IMG/VR virus record: IMGVR_UViG_3300036794_000109
Location: 1-31,104 of that record
DNA from: a virus
Taxonomy: Duplodnaviria; Caudoviricetes
Length of the DNA: 31,104 bases
Reading direction: 5' to 3' (one strand)
Shown: piece by piece, positions 17,129 to 24,445 of the stretch
How the letters are laid out: each line of letters starts with the position of its first letter
How positions within the stretch are numbered: position 1 is the first letter of the stretch
Translations under genes and position numbers: made by a program
The notes under the pieces: generated by a model
What the model saw: the letters and a program-made list of their open reading frames with translations, nothing else
Told to the model about the DNA's origin: nothing
Databases searched by the model: none

Positions 17129-17644
17129 CCGCACGTCCTTGGGCACCTCACCGAAGCTGCTCCGCACGATCTGGTAGGTCACGGATTCAAGGAGCCGCTG
17201 GGTCTCGATGAGGGTCCGCTGCGGCACCCCGAGACGACGTTTGCGCGCCTGCGTGCGCGGGGCGTTCGGCGGCGGCACGTTGCTCTTGATCTTGTTCTTG
17301 ATGAGTTCGACCAGCCGGGTCCCGAGCACCGCGAGCGCCCTCTCCACCCCCCACCCCTTGGTCACCATGTTGACGATGACCTCGGCACGCCACTTCTTGA
17401 TGCGGTGCTCATTCTCGCGGATGGCGCTGCGGATGAAGCTGCGTTCCGGGATGTGCTCGGTCCCGAACTCGTTGAACAGGGCCACCTTGACCACGCTCGT
17501 GCCGTCCGGGTACATCGCGCCGGCGTGGAAGCCGACCGTCAGGTAGGGGCCGTCCTTGCCGTTGCCGAGGTCCGCCACCCGCTGCTGGAGGAGCTGGAGC
17601 CGCTTCTTGCCCTTCACGGTGGTGGTGGTCTTGGGCTTGATCAT
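17102..17644 (-). CDS. Neck / virion morphogenesis protein (HK97 gp10 / Mu gpG-like)
   Basis: VGF...A.YPDGT.V..VA.FNEFGT.HIPERSFIR...PPNAP.T..RK......TLIET.RL..SVTY. Confidence 0.8.
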   Translation of the reverse strand: MIKPKTTTTVKGKKRLQLLQQRVADLGNGKDGPYLTVGFHAGAMYPDGTSVVKVALFNEFGTEHIPERSFIRSAIRENEHRIKKWRAEVIVNMVTKGWGVERALAVLGTRLVELIKNKIKSNVPPPNAPRTQARKRRLGVPQRTLIETQRLLESVTYQIVRSSFGEVPKDVRLGDSGNGK

Positions 17645-17645
17645 C

Positions 17646-17707
17646 GGGAGGGATGCCCCCTCGCGGCAAGGAGTGACGGCCGCACCGCGAGGGATACAAC
17701 CTCTCCC
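17646..17707. repeat. Long imperfect inverted repeat (about 22-bp stem) directly upstream of the neck gene ATG
   Basis: Minus strand GGGAGAGGTTGTATCCCTCGCGGT-N16-GCCGCGAGGGGGCATCCCTCCC, then G-ATG. Confidence 0.7.
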
Positions 17708-17771
17708 TGACCACTATTGGCCGGGCAAGGACACGCCATCTAGGAAAGAATTTCGCTGCCGACAGAGGGTA

Positions 17772-18563
17772 TCAAGGGACGGTCTTGATGGTCCAGAGGT
17801 CGCCGCACAGGTCAGCATTCAGGACATACTCATAAGGCAGCGTGAAGTACCCCTCCATGCCCCACTGGTCGCCCCAGGAGTTGCGGACCAGGAACCTGTG
17901 GGCCGCGTCGTCATAGCCCACCACGAGAACTGCGTGGCCCCCGAGGGCCTGCTCCTGCCGGCCAGGCATGGGCGCGTCGCCGGTGTCCTTGACCTCTTGG
18001 GACTGGAAGCTCTCATAGACCGTGAAGCCCATCACGAAGGGGCGTCCGCCCGCCAGGCAAGTGCGCAGGTCATCCAGTTTCTGTACCAGGCGGCTATAGT
18101 TGGCGATGCGCTCGGTACGCGCCACCTGGTAGAGATCGTCCCCGGGGAAGTCGGCGAACCGGTCCACGTCGTAGGGCCAGAGCTTCTCATCAACGACCCC
18201 CCAGGCGGCTATCACGCGGATGCCGTCGCGCAGCGAGGCGCCCGCGTCCGAGTCGACGTTACCCTCGATGTAGCGCTCGTTGTAGTAGATGAACAGCCGC
18301 GACGGGGTGAAGCCGCTGGCCTTCCCCTGGGCGATCTCATCGAACTGGAAGGCCGCTGCCAGGGCGTTGGCGGTGCATGAGCCCAGCTGACCCTGGTCAT
18401 AGACAGGCGGGCATCCTGGACGCAGGTCCACCGATGGCGGCAGTGTGACGCTCCCCGGGGCCGAGACGTTGAAGTAGTGGTCGCGCCTGTCGGGAAGGTC
18501 GCGCTTCCAACCCAGGCCCTTGATGACGCGTGGCTTGGTTCCTGTGCTCGGGGGTGTCGGCAT
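17772..18563 (-). CDS. Papain-family (C1A) cysteine peptidase
   Basis: LP.SVDLR..CPPVYDQGQLGSCTANA (oxyanion Gln, catalytic Cys), PSRLFIYYNER, GGHAVLVVGYDD (His), FLVRNSWG..WG..GYF (Asn). AGGAG RBS overlaps the upstream stop. Confidence 0.93.
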   Translation of the reverse strand: MPTPPSTGTKPRVIKGLGWKRDLPDRRDHYFNVSAPGSVTLPPSVDLRPGCPPVYDQGQLGSCTANALAAAFQFDEIAQGKASGFTPSRLFIYYNERYIEGNVDSDAGASLRDGIRVIAAWGVVDEKLWPYDVDRFADFPGDDLYQVARTERIANYSRLVQKLDDLRTCLAGGRPFVMGFTVYESFQSQEVKDTGDAPMPGRQEQALGGHAVLVVGYDDAAHRFLVRNSWGDQWGMEGYFTLPYEYVLNADLCGDLWTIKTVP

Positions 18564-18572
18564 GGCTCGCTC

Positions 18573-19031
18573 CTAGCGTGGCAGATCGTCGTCGCCCAGG
18601 ACCTCTGAGCGGCTGCTTGGTTTGGTGGTCCGGCCGGTGTCGTGCATCCGGACCGTGAACTGCGTGGGCTCGCGATCCGGGTCGCAGGCGACCTGCTTCT
18701 TGTCGGTCCTGGAGATACCCCCCGCATAGGGGACGGCGCCCTCCATCGCCAGGCGCACGTTAAGGCGGTCCCAGAGCTTCTGGTACCCCTCGTTCTTCTT
18801 CGAGAACTGGATGCTGACGCTACCCACCGACTCGTCCACCGCGCCGGACAGCTGGGCCATGATGCCCTCCACCCCGCGCATGGCCGCCGTGAGGATGTCC
18901 CCGTTGGTGGCCACCAGGTAGGCGATCTCCTCGTCGGTGAAGTAGGGGGCGTCCTTGTTGGTGTCCCCCATGAGGAACCGCAGCTGGTCGACGTCGCTGT
19001 TGGCGGGGTTCCCCGAGTAGGAGAACGTCAC
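18573..19031 (-). CDS. Head-tail adaptor / connector protein
   Basis: GTG start at 19031 (GTGA coupling); FSYSGNP...VDQLRFLMGDT......TDEEI.Y; VDESVGSVSIQFS. Confidence 0.75.
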   Translation of the reverse strand: MTFSYSGNPANSDVDQLRFLMGDTNKDAPYFTDEEIAYLVATNGDILTAAMRGVEGIMAQLSGAVDESVGSVSIQFSKKNEGYQKLWDRLNVRLAMEGAVPYAGGISRTDKKQVACDPDREPTQFTVRMHDTGRTTKPSSRSEVLGDDDLPR

Positions 19032-19420
19032 TTGTGGGCCTTGTTGCGATGCACTTCGAGGGCTTTCGGGTTGGCGAAGATGGCCTCCTCGCAGCCCTCC
19101 TCCTCGCAATACAGGACGCCCTCGTCCGGGTTCCGGTCATCCGTTCCCGGCTCCTCGTCGTCCTCGGCACCATCCTCCTCCTCGCCGTTCTCCCTGGCAA
19201 GGGCCCGCAGCCGTTCAGCCTCGGCCTCCTGCTCGGCCGCTATCTCAGTCTTGAGGCGCCCCTTGGGGCGCTTGCCGGGCTTCTCGTGGGAGTGTTCGAC
19301 GTGCTTGAGGTTGAGGAGGGCCCGCTTGGGGACCTCGGCCCATGACTCGAACTCGGGGATCTCGTCACCTGGCTCGAAGACCTTCTCGGGGGTGGTGACA
19401 CGCTGGAGGGCTATGTACAT
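19028..19420 (-). CDS. Acidic 130-aa protein with C-terminal C2H2 zinc finger, directly after the major capsid gene
   Basis: Probable start MYIALQRV at 19420; acidic linker; Y-C-x4-C-x4-F-x5-L-x2-H-x4-H at the C-terminus. Confidence 0.7.
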   Translation of the reverse strand: MYIALQRVTTPEKVFEPGDEIPEFESWAEVPKRALLNLKHVEHSHEKPGKRPKGRLKTEIAAEQEAEAERLRALARENGEEEDGAEDDEEPGTDDRNPDEGVLYCEEEGCEEAIFANPKALEVHRNKAHK

Positions 19421-19433
19421 AGCCCCAGCTTTA

Positions 19434-20429
19434 TCACGGGTTCTGGAGGACTGAAACACCCAGGACGCCGAGGTCCTTGCCGGTCTGCGCCATCTGGAAG
19501 CCCATCTCGACCTCGATGCGGTCGGACGCCAGGGCTTCCATGCGGAACTTCTTCACCCGGGTCCCCATGGCCTCGGCGCCGTATTTGCCGGTCCACTGGA
19601 AGATGTACCCCGCGGACGGCTTGCGCAGGCCTGGCGCGCTGGGCGCGTAGGCGAGCATGAACAGGTTGTTCGACATGAAGCCGAAGTTCCCGGTCTGGCC
19701 CTCCTTGGCGCTGTTGAACACGGCGCCCGCCACGAGGAACTGCTCCACGCCGAACAGGGCCGCGAGCAACTCCTCGGTGATGATGCCCCGCTGGGTGTAC
19801 TTGATGCGGTCCAGCACGGACGGGTTGTTTTTCAGCGCCGCGAAGACGTTGTCGGTGACGACCATCTTGTTGGGCTTGCGACCCGTGCGGCTCTTCACCT
19901 GGCTGCGGATCTTGTCGACGTCCAGCATCGGGTTCGACGTGGAGCTGTCCCAGTAGCCGGCGCCGTGCGTGTTGGGCGCGTAGTCCACGGGGCTGCCGGA
20001 CACCTGCCAGCCGGTCCAGACGCCCGTGGTCATATAGTTGGCCATGAACAGCTTCTCACGGCGGATGAGCAGCTGCTGGGTGACCAGCTCGGTGCTGTCG
20101 AACTCGATGTCGAGGGGATCGTCCTGATTGTCCCGCTCGTCATCGTCGATGTCCATGTGCAACGCCCACTTGTCGCAGAAGTACGTGGGGGTGTTGTCCA
20201 GGGAGAACCCGGTGCCGACTGACTCGCTCGCGGGCGCGCGCTTGGCGGCCTCGGTCCGGAACCAGGCCTCCTTCGTGTAGACGAAGTACCGGTCGGACTG
20301 CTTCTTCACGGGGATGGCCGGGAAGACCTTGTCCGCGATGAAGTCGTTCTTGTCCTGCTGGTACGAGATCGACATGTTGGTCAGCGGCCGGTTTACGTGG
20401 ATGTCTGACCGTGTTGGTTGCGTCGGCAT
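19434..20429 (-). CDS. Major capsid protein (HK97 fold, lambda gpE-like)
   Basis: 331 aa; HVNRPLTNMSI.Y...FIADKVFP.IPV.KQSD.Y, W....SNP..D, G..PN..V....VF.ALK.NP.VL.RIKY; follows the scaffold and cement genes. Confidence 0.9.
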   Translation of the reverse strand: MPTQPTRSDIHVNRPLTNMSISYQQDKNDFIADKVFPAIPVKKQSDRYFVYTKEAWFRTEAAKRAPASESVGTGFSLDNTPTYFCDKWALHMDIDDDERDNQDDPLDIEFDSTELVTQQLLIRREKLFMANYMTTGVWTGWQVSGSPVDYAPNTHGAGYWDSSTSNPMLDVDKIRSQVKSRTGRKPNKMVVTDNVFAALKNNPSVLDRIKYTQRGIITEELLAALFGVEQFLVAGAVFNSAKEGQTGNFGFMSNNLFMLAYAPSAPGLRKPSAGYIFQWTGKYGAEAMGTRVKKFRMEALASDRIEVEMGFQMAQTGKDLGVLGVSVLQNP

Positions 20430-20535
20430 GTAAGACCCTCAGCGTTTTTGGCGCGCCTCGCGTTGTCAGTGAGAACTGCAAACTGCTGGTGCTGCGGTGC
20501 TGCTGGGTGCTTCGTGCTGCGGTGTTGCTTGCGGC
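20430..20535 (-). repeat. CAG/GCAGCAC-rich intergenic spacer upstream of the major capsid gene
   Basis: mRNA sense ...caccgCAGcacgaagcaccCAGCAGcaccgCAGcacCAGCAGtttgCAGtt... Confidence 0.7.
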
Positions 20536-20946
20536 CTACTGGACGCCGCGCGGCCAGAGGAGAATGGTCGAGATGTCGCCGGTGACCGCGGACTCGAGCG
20601 CGGTGCCGATGGCGTAGAACGTGGACAGGGCCTTGATGAGGGCCGTCCCGCCCGAGTTCCAGCCGAGGGGATCGCCTATGGCGATGGTCCCGCCCGCCAG
20701 GTACTTGCTGACCCCTGAGATGACCACGAGGCCGGCCTCGCCGACGACCGGGTTGTTCTGGAGGATGCCGAGCGGGGGGCCGGTGAGGGACCCCTTGGCC
20801 ACGAGCGCGGCGCCACCGGAGCCGTGGCCCACGATGTTGGCCGCGGGCCCAACCCAGATGGGTGCGAACTGCCAGGTCGCCTTGGTGGACATGTCCACGT
20901 CAGCGGCTAGGAAGCCAATGCGAAATCCTGGTTGCTCGTAAGCCAT
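20536..20946 (-). CDS. Capsid cement / decoration protein (DUF2190-like)
   Basis: 136 aa; LGILQNNP..GEAG.V.ISGVSK..AGG.IA.GD.L.....G........IG.ALE.A..GDI. Confidence 0.8.
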   Translation of the reverse strand: MAYEQPGFRIGFLAADVDMSTKATWQFAPIWVGPAANIVGHGSGGAALVAKGSLTGPPLGILQNNPVVGEAGLVVISGVSKYLAGGTIAIGDPLGWNSGGTALIKALSTFYAIGTALESAVTGDISTILLWPRGVQ

Positions 20947-21024
20947 CGCCAGCGCCTTCCGTTGTTACTGCGTTTCGTGTGGGAAACTGCAACTGCGGTG
21001 CTGCTACTGCGTGACTGCTGGGTG
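20947..21024 (-). repeat. CAG-rich intergenic spacer upstream of the cement gene
   Basis: mRNA sense caccCAGCAGtcacgCAGTAGCAGcaccgCAGttgCAGtttcccacacgaaacgCAGtaacaac; shares cacccagcag, gcagcaccgcag and ttgcagtt with 20430-20535. Confidence 0.7.
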
Positions 21025-22515
21025 CTACTGGCGGCCGAGCCGCCGTTTCATGCGCTCGTTGTCGGCGTCTATCTCCGCCACCAGGCGCCGGCCCTCGGCC
21101 GACTTCATGACCTTGCGCATGACCTGGGCGCGGCTGAGGTCCTCCTCGCCCGACTTGGCCACGTAGCCGTCGGCCAGGGCGTCGAGCTTGGCCTGAGCCG
21201 AGCCGCCGGCTGGCGTGCCGCTGGCGCGTGAACCGGTCTCCTCCATGATGCCGCCGAAGTCGTCGCCAAGGGCGAGTTGCTCGTTGGCGCTCTTGAGGAT
21301 CGACTCCAATTCAGCTTGCATCTCGGGGTTGGCCTCCGAGACGGTCTTGAGGATCTTGGCGAGTTTCTCCTTGGGGGCGCCGAGCCTGTCGTAGGCCGAC
21401 GCCTTCTCCTCGAAGGCCTTCATGACGCGGGTCTCGCGCTCGACCGCGATCTGTTTGGAGAGCTCCGCGTTCTTCTCGATGAGCTCCTTGTTGGTCTGAA
21501 CCAGCTCGGTGTGGCCCTTGAAGATGGCCTCCATCTGCGTGCGCTGGGCGGCTGGGAATGCCGACAGATCCAAGTCACCCTTCGCTACTGGCTCACCGCT
21601 CATGCTAGGCTCCTCTGGCTCTTTGGCCTTGTCAGACAACTTGTAACCGTTCTTGGAGAGCGCATCCACATACGCGCTTTTCGCGGCGGCCATGGCACCC
21701 GAGTGGTGGTCGTCCTGGACCTCATCGGGTTTCTTCATGCGCAGTTTCTGCGCCCATCCGGTCGCTCCGCCCATGGGGACGTCGACATGGACGTCGTCTC
21801 CCAGTGAGAGTGCAACATAGTCCGGGTCGCCGTCGAGCAAATCGCCGTCATTTTCCCCGCCTGAGGCCACGTCACCCTGGTCGTCATCGGGGGAACAGGC
21901 GATGCCGATGGCGTTCAGCACCTCCTCCACGTCGTCAGCCGTCAGCTCCCCCTTGTGCGGGGCGAGGATGCGGGCGGTGGCGCGCAGGGCGGCCTGGGCG
22001 GGCGAACTCAGGGCTGGTGCCATCCCGGCACCCTGGGCGTTGGGGTCGGCAGCCGGGTCCACGGCCGGTGAGACTGGGGGTGCCGTCGCGGGATCGGCGG
22101 CCGCCACCACGGGCTGCGCAGGTGCGGCGGTCGGCGCGGCTGGTGCCGGCACGGCCGGCTGCGCCGCAGCCTGAGCGGGTGCGACGCGCGGCGCAGGCAC
22201 CGCGGGAGAAGGAGGAACCCTCGGTACTGGCTGCGCCGGCGTCGGTGGCATGCGTGGTGGTTTGGGGGGCTGGCCGCGGGCCGCCGCCATGCGGCGCGAG
22301 TTCCCGAAGGCCTTCATCACCTCTTCAACGGCGGCTGCCTGCTCATCCGACATGGCGGTATGCATGGTTCCGTTTTCCTGGGCCGCACGCAGGAGGCCCT
22401 GCAGCATGGAGTCGCCGTCTAGGGCCTTGTGCACGAGTATCTTCTTGAGGTTGGCGCCGCGCCGGACCATGGAGATCTCGTGCGGGTCCAGATTGTAGAG
22501 GCGGCGTGTCTTCAT
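21025..22515 (-). CDS. Capsid scaffolding protein with an N-terminal protease-fold fragment
   Basis: Probable start MKTRRLYNLDPHEISMVRRGAN at 22515; Pro/Ala-rich disordered segment; coiled-coil C-terminal half; lies between the protease and cement genes. Confidence 0.75.
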   Translation of the reverse strand: MKTRRLYNLDPHEISMVRRGANLKKILVHKALDGDSMLQGLLRAAQENGTMHTAMSDEQAAAVEEVMKAFGNSRRMAAARGQPPKPPRMPPTPAQPVPRVPPSPAVPAPRVAPAQAAAQPAVPAPAAPTAAPAQPVVAAADPATAPPVSPAVDPAADPNAQGAGMAPALSSPAQAALRATARILAPHKGELTADDVEEVLNAIGIACSPDDDQGDVASGGENDGDLLDGDPDYVALSLGDDVHVDVPMGGATGWAQKLRMKKPDEVQDDHHSGAMAAAKSAYVDALSKNGYKLSDKAKEPEEPSMSGEPVAKGDLDLSAFPAAQRTQMEAIFKGHTELVQTNKELIEKNAELSKQIAVERETRVMKAFEEKASAYDRLGAPKEKLAKILKTVSEANPEMQAELESILKSANEQLALGDDFGGIMEETGSRASGTPAGGSAQAKLDALADGYVAKSGEEDLSRAQVMRKVMKSAEGRRLVAEIDADNERMKRRLGRQ

Positions 22516-22531
22516 GGGGATGCTGGCCAGG

Positions 22532-24445
22532 CTAAGCGCTAGGGACGTCTTTGCGCAAGCCGAAGCCACCGATGCTCACCCCGGTGTACTCGCCGTCCAG
22601 GACCTTCTGCCACTCGTCCGGGTCCTCGATCTTGATGCCGATGACCCAGGAGCCCTTCTTGACCACCTGCGGGCCGAAGGTCCCCTCCTCGAAGCGCAGG
22701 TCCATGGGGGCCACGTAACTCTCCACGGGGGCGGCCTTGATGGGCTTCTGGTGGTTGCTGCCCACCACGCGGCTCTTGGTGATGTAGCGGTGGGCGGTCC
22801 ATTCGATGTCCTCGGGGGACATGACGTCGTTGTGGGCGTCCTTCGTGTCCGGTTCCAGGACCACGCAGTAGATCACCTGCTTGTGGGCGCTGGTCGCCAC
22901 CATTGGCTTGAGGTCACCGGGGTCCACGGCCTTGCGGATGACCTCAGCCCTGGCGGCGGAGATGCCCGCCAGGAACTCGGGGCCGCTGTCGGAGGTGCCC
23001 GGTCTGTGCATGTCCACCAGGGCTGATTTCAGGATCTCGGCCACCTCGTGGTCGTAGCCGTCGGGCAGCTCAGGCTCATCGCCGGACGCGACCTTCTCAT
23101 ATTCCAGGCCGCGCCAGCTCTTGCCCACCGCCACGAGACCGTTGCCGCCGCCTTCGATATAGCCCTTGGCGATCATCTCTCCGCCGTTGTAGATGAGCCG
23201 GCCGCCAGGCATCAGGACCCGCTGGATGTCGGTCAGCAGCCCCATGGGATCGTCACTCACATCGCCCAGGCCCTTGTCCACGATGACGCTGCGCGCCGAC
23301 GCGTCCGGGAACGGGATCCCCAGGCTCAGGTCATGGACGACCGTCCCGTGGTCGTGCTGGTACAGGTCCAGGCCGATGTGCCCCGGCTCCCTGCCCCCTC
23401 CGCTGCCAAGGTGCAGGTCCAGGCCCTGCAGCTCCACCGGGCCACGGGTGTACTCCCATGCCTCGTCGGCAAAGGAGTCAGGCCCGGTCTTCTGTATCAT
23501 CGCCAGGGCCAGTCCCTCCGCATCAGAAGGCTCATAACCAACCCCGACGTAGTAATCCGTTCCGACCAGCAGTGCTTGAGCATCGAAATAGGCGGGGTCG
23601 ATGTTCGCCTTGGCCACCGGCTGAGCCAAGGTATCCTGGGCGGCGGGGGCTTGGGCTTCTTCATCCTGGTGGGTCTGCAGGATTTTGGACCAAACCTTGG
23701 CGACGGCATCGAGGAGACCATTGCCCTTCGTCCCCGGTTCATCCGGGGCATATCTGCCCACCTTGCCGATGATCCCGGGGCCCATCTGCGTCACCGTGTC
23801 ATCTCGCGTCGGCAGGCCGGCATGTGCGGCGAAGAGCCAGTCCGTGCCGTCGTCCTGCAGCCCCGCGGGGTTGTAGTTGTTCTGGCGCAGCCACGTCTTC
23901 GCGCTCGCCTGGCTGTGGGCCCCCTTGTCGAATCGGATCTCGGTCACCACGCGCGAGTCGCGTTTCATGGCGGTGCCACCGGCAGTCCCCCTCGCCTTCT
24001 TGTGCAGTGAGTCGTAGGTCTGCTGGTCGAGCATCCCCTTGGCGTGGTCGCGGAAAGCCTGGGCGTAGTCGGCCTTGTCCACCTTGTAGCGCCGCGCCTT
24101 GTCCTGGGCCTTCATGCGGGCGGCCACGCCCGGGGGCCCGCTGCGCGCCGGCTGGCTGTGGCGCTGCGATGGGAGCCTCGGCGGTTTGACCAGTTTGACG
24201 TCCGCGTCGTTCGCCATCGGGATGTCGTCCACTTCGTGGACGTCGGAGTCATGCGCCATCGGGATGTTGTCCTTCACCTCGCGCACGTCGCCCGCGCGCG
24301 CGTGGGGGATGGCGCCCTCGCCGCCGCCCAGGTGGTGGACGTCGGAGGCGTGGGCCATGCCGGGACCCGAGGTGAAACGGCCGTTCTCGTCGCGGGCGAC
24401 CTCCTTGTCGGGGGCGCCCCGCTTCTCGATCTGTTCAAGGTTCAT
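22532..24445 (-). CDS. Multidomain prohead protease: C-terminal XkdF-like serine protease domain with an internal SAM-methyltransferase-like domain
   Basis: Start MNLEQIEKR at 24445 (ATGA coupling, GGAG RBS). C-terminus KQVIYCVVLEPD..DAH.DVM..EDIE..AH.Y...H.....PVESYVAP....VKKGSWV....W..V..GEYTGVSIGG. Internal LHLGSG...G.IGLD...VVHDL..GIPFPD.S...L.DI.RVL.PGG.L. Confidence 0.8.
   Translation of the reverse strand: MNLEQIEKRGAPDKEVARDENGRFTSGPGMAHASDVHHLGGGEGAIPHARAGDVREVKDNIPMAHDSDVHEVDDIPMANDADVKLVKPPRLPSQRHSQPARSGPPGVAARMKAQDKARRYKVDKADYAQAFRDHAKGMLDQQTYDSLHKKARGTAGGTAMKRDSRVVTEIRFDKGAHSQASAKTWLRQNNYNPAGLQDDGTDWLFAAHAGLPTRDDTVTQMGPGIIGKVGRYAPDEPGTKGNGLLDAVAKVWSKILQTHQDEEAQAPAAQDTLAQPVAKANIDPAYFDAQALLVGTDYYVGVGYEPSDAEGLALAMIQKTGPDSFADEAWEYTRGPVELQGLDLHLGSGGGREPGHIGLDLYQHDHGTVVHDLSLGIPFPDASARSVIVDKGLGDVSDDPMGLLTDIQRVLMPGGRLIYNGGEMIAKGYIEGGGNGLVAVGKSWRGLEYEKVASGDEPELPDGYDHEVAEILKSALVDMHRPGTSDSGPEFLAGISAARAEVIRKAVDPGDLKPMVATSAHKQVIYCVVLEPDTKDAHNDVMSPEDIEWTAHRYITKSRVVGSNHQKPIKAAPVESYVAPMDLRFEEGTFGPQVVKKGSWVIGIKIEDPDEWQKVLDGEYTGVSIGGFGLRKDVPSA

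Noticed and set aside
20430-21024. CRISPR array or mini-array
   Set aside because: Repeats are 3-12 nt and irregular, with no constant repeat-spacer period and no cas genes.
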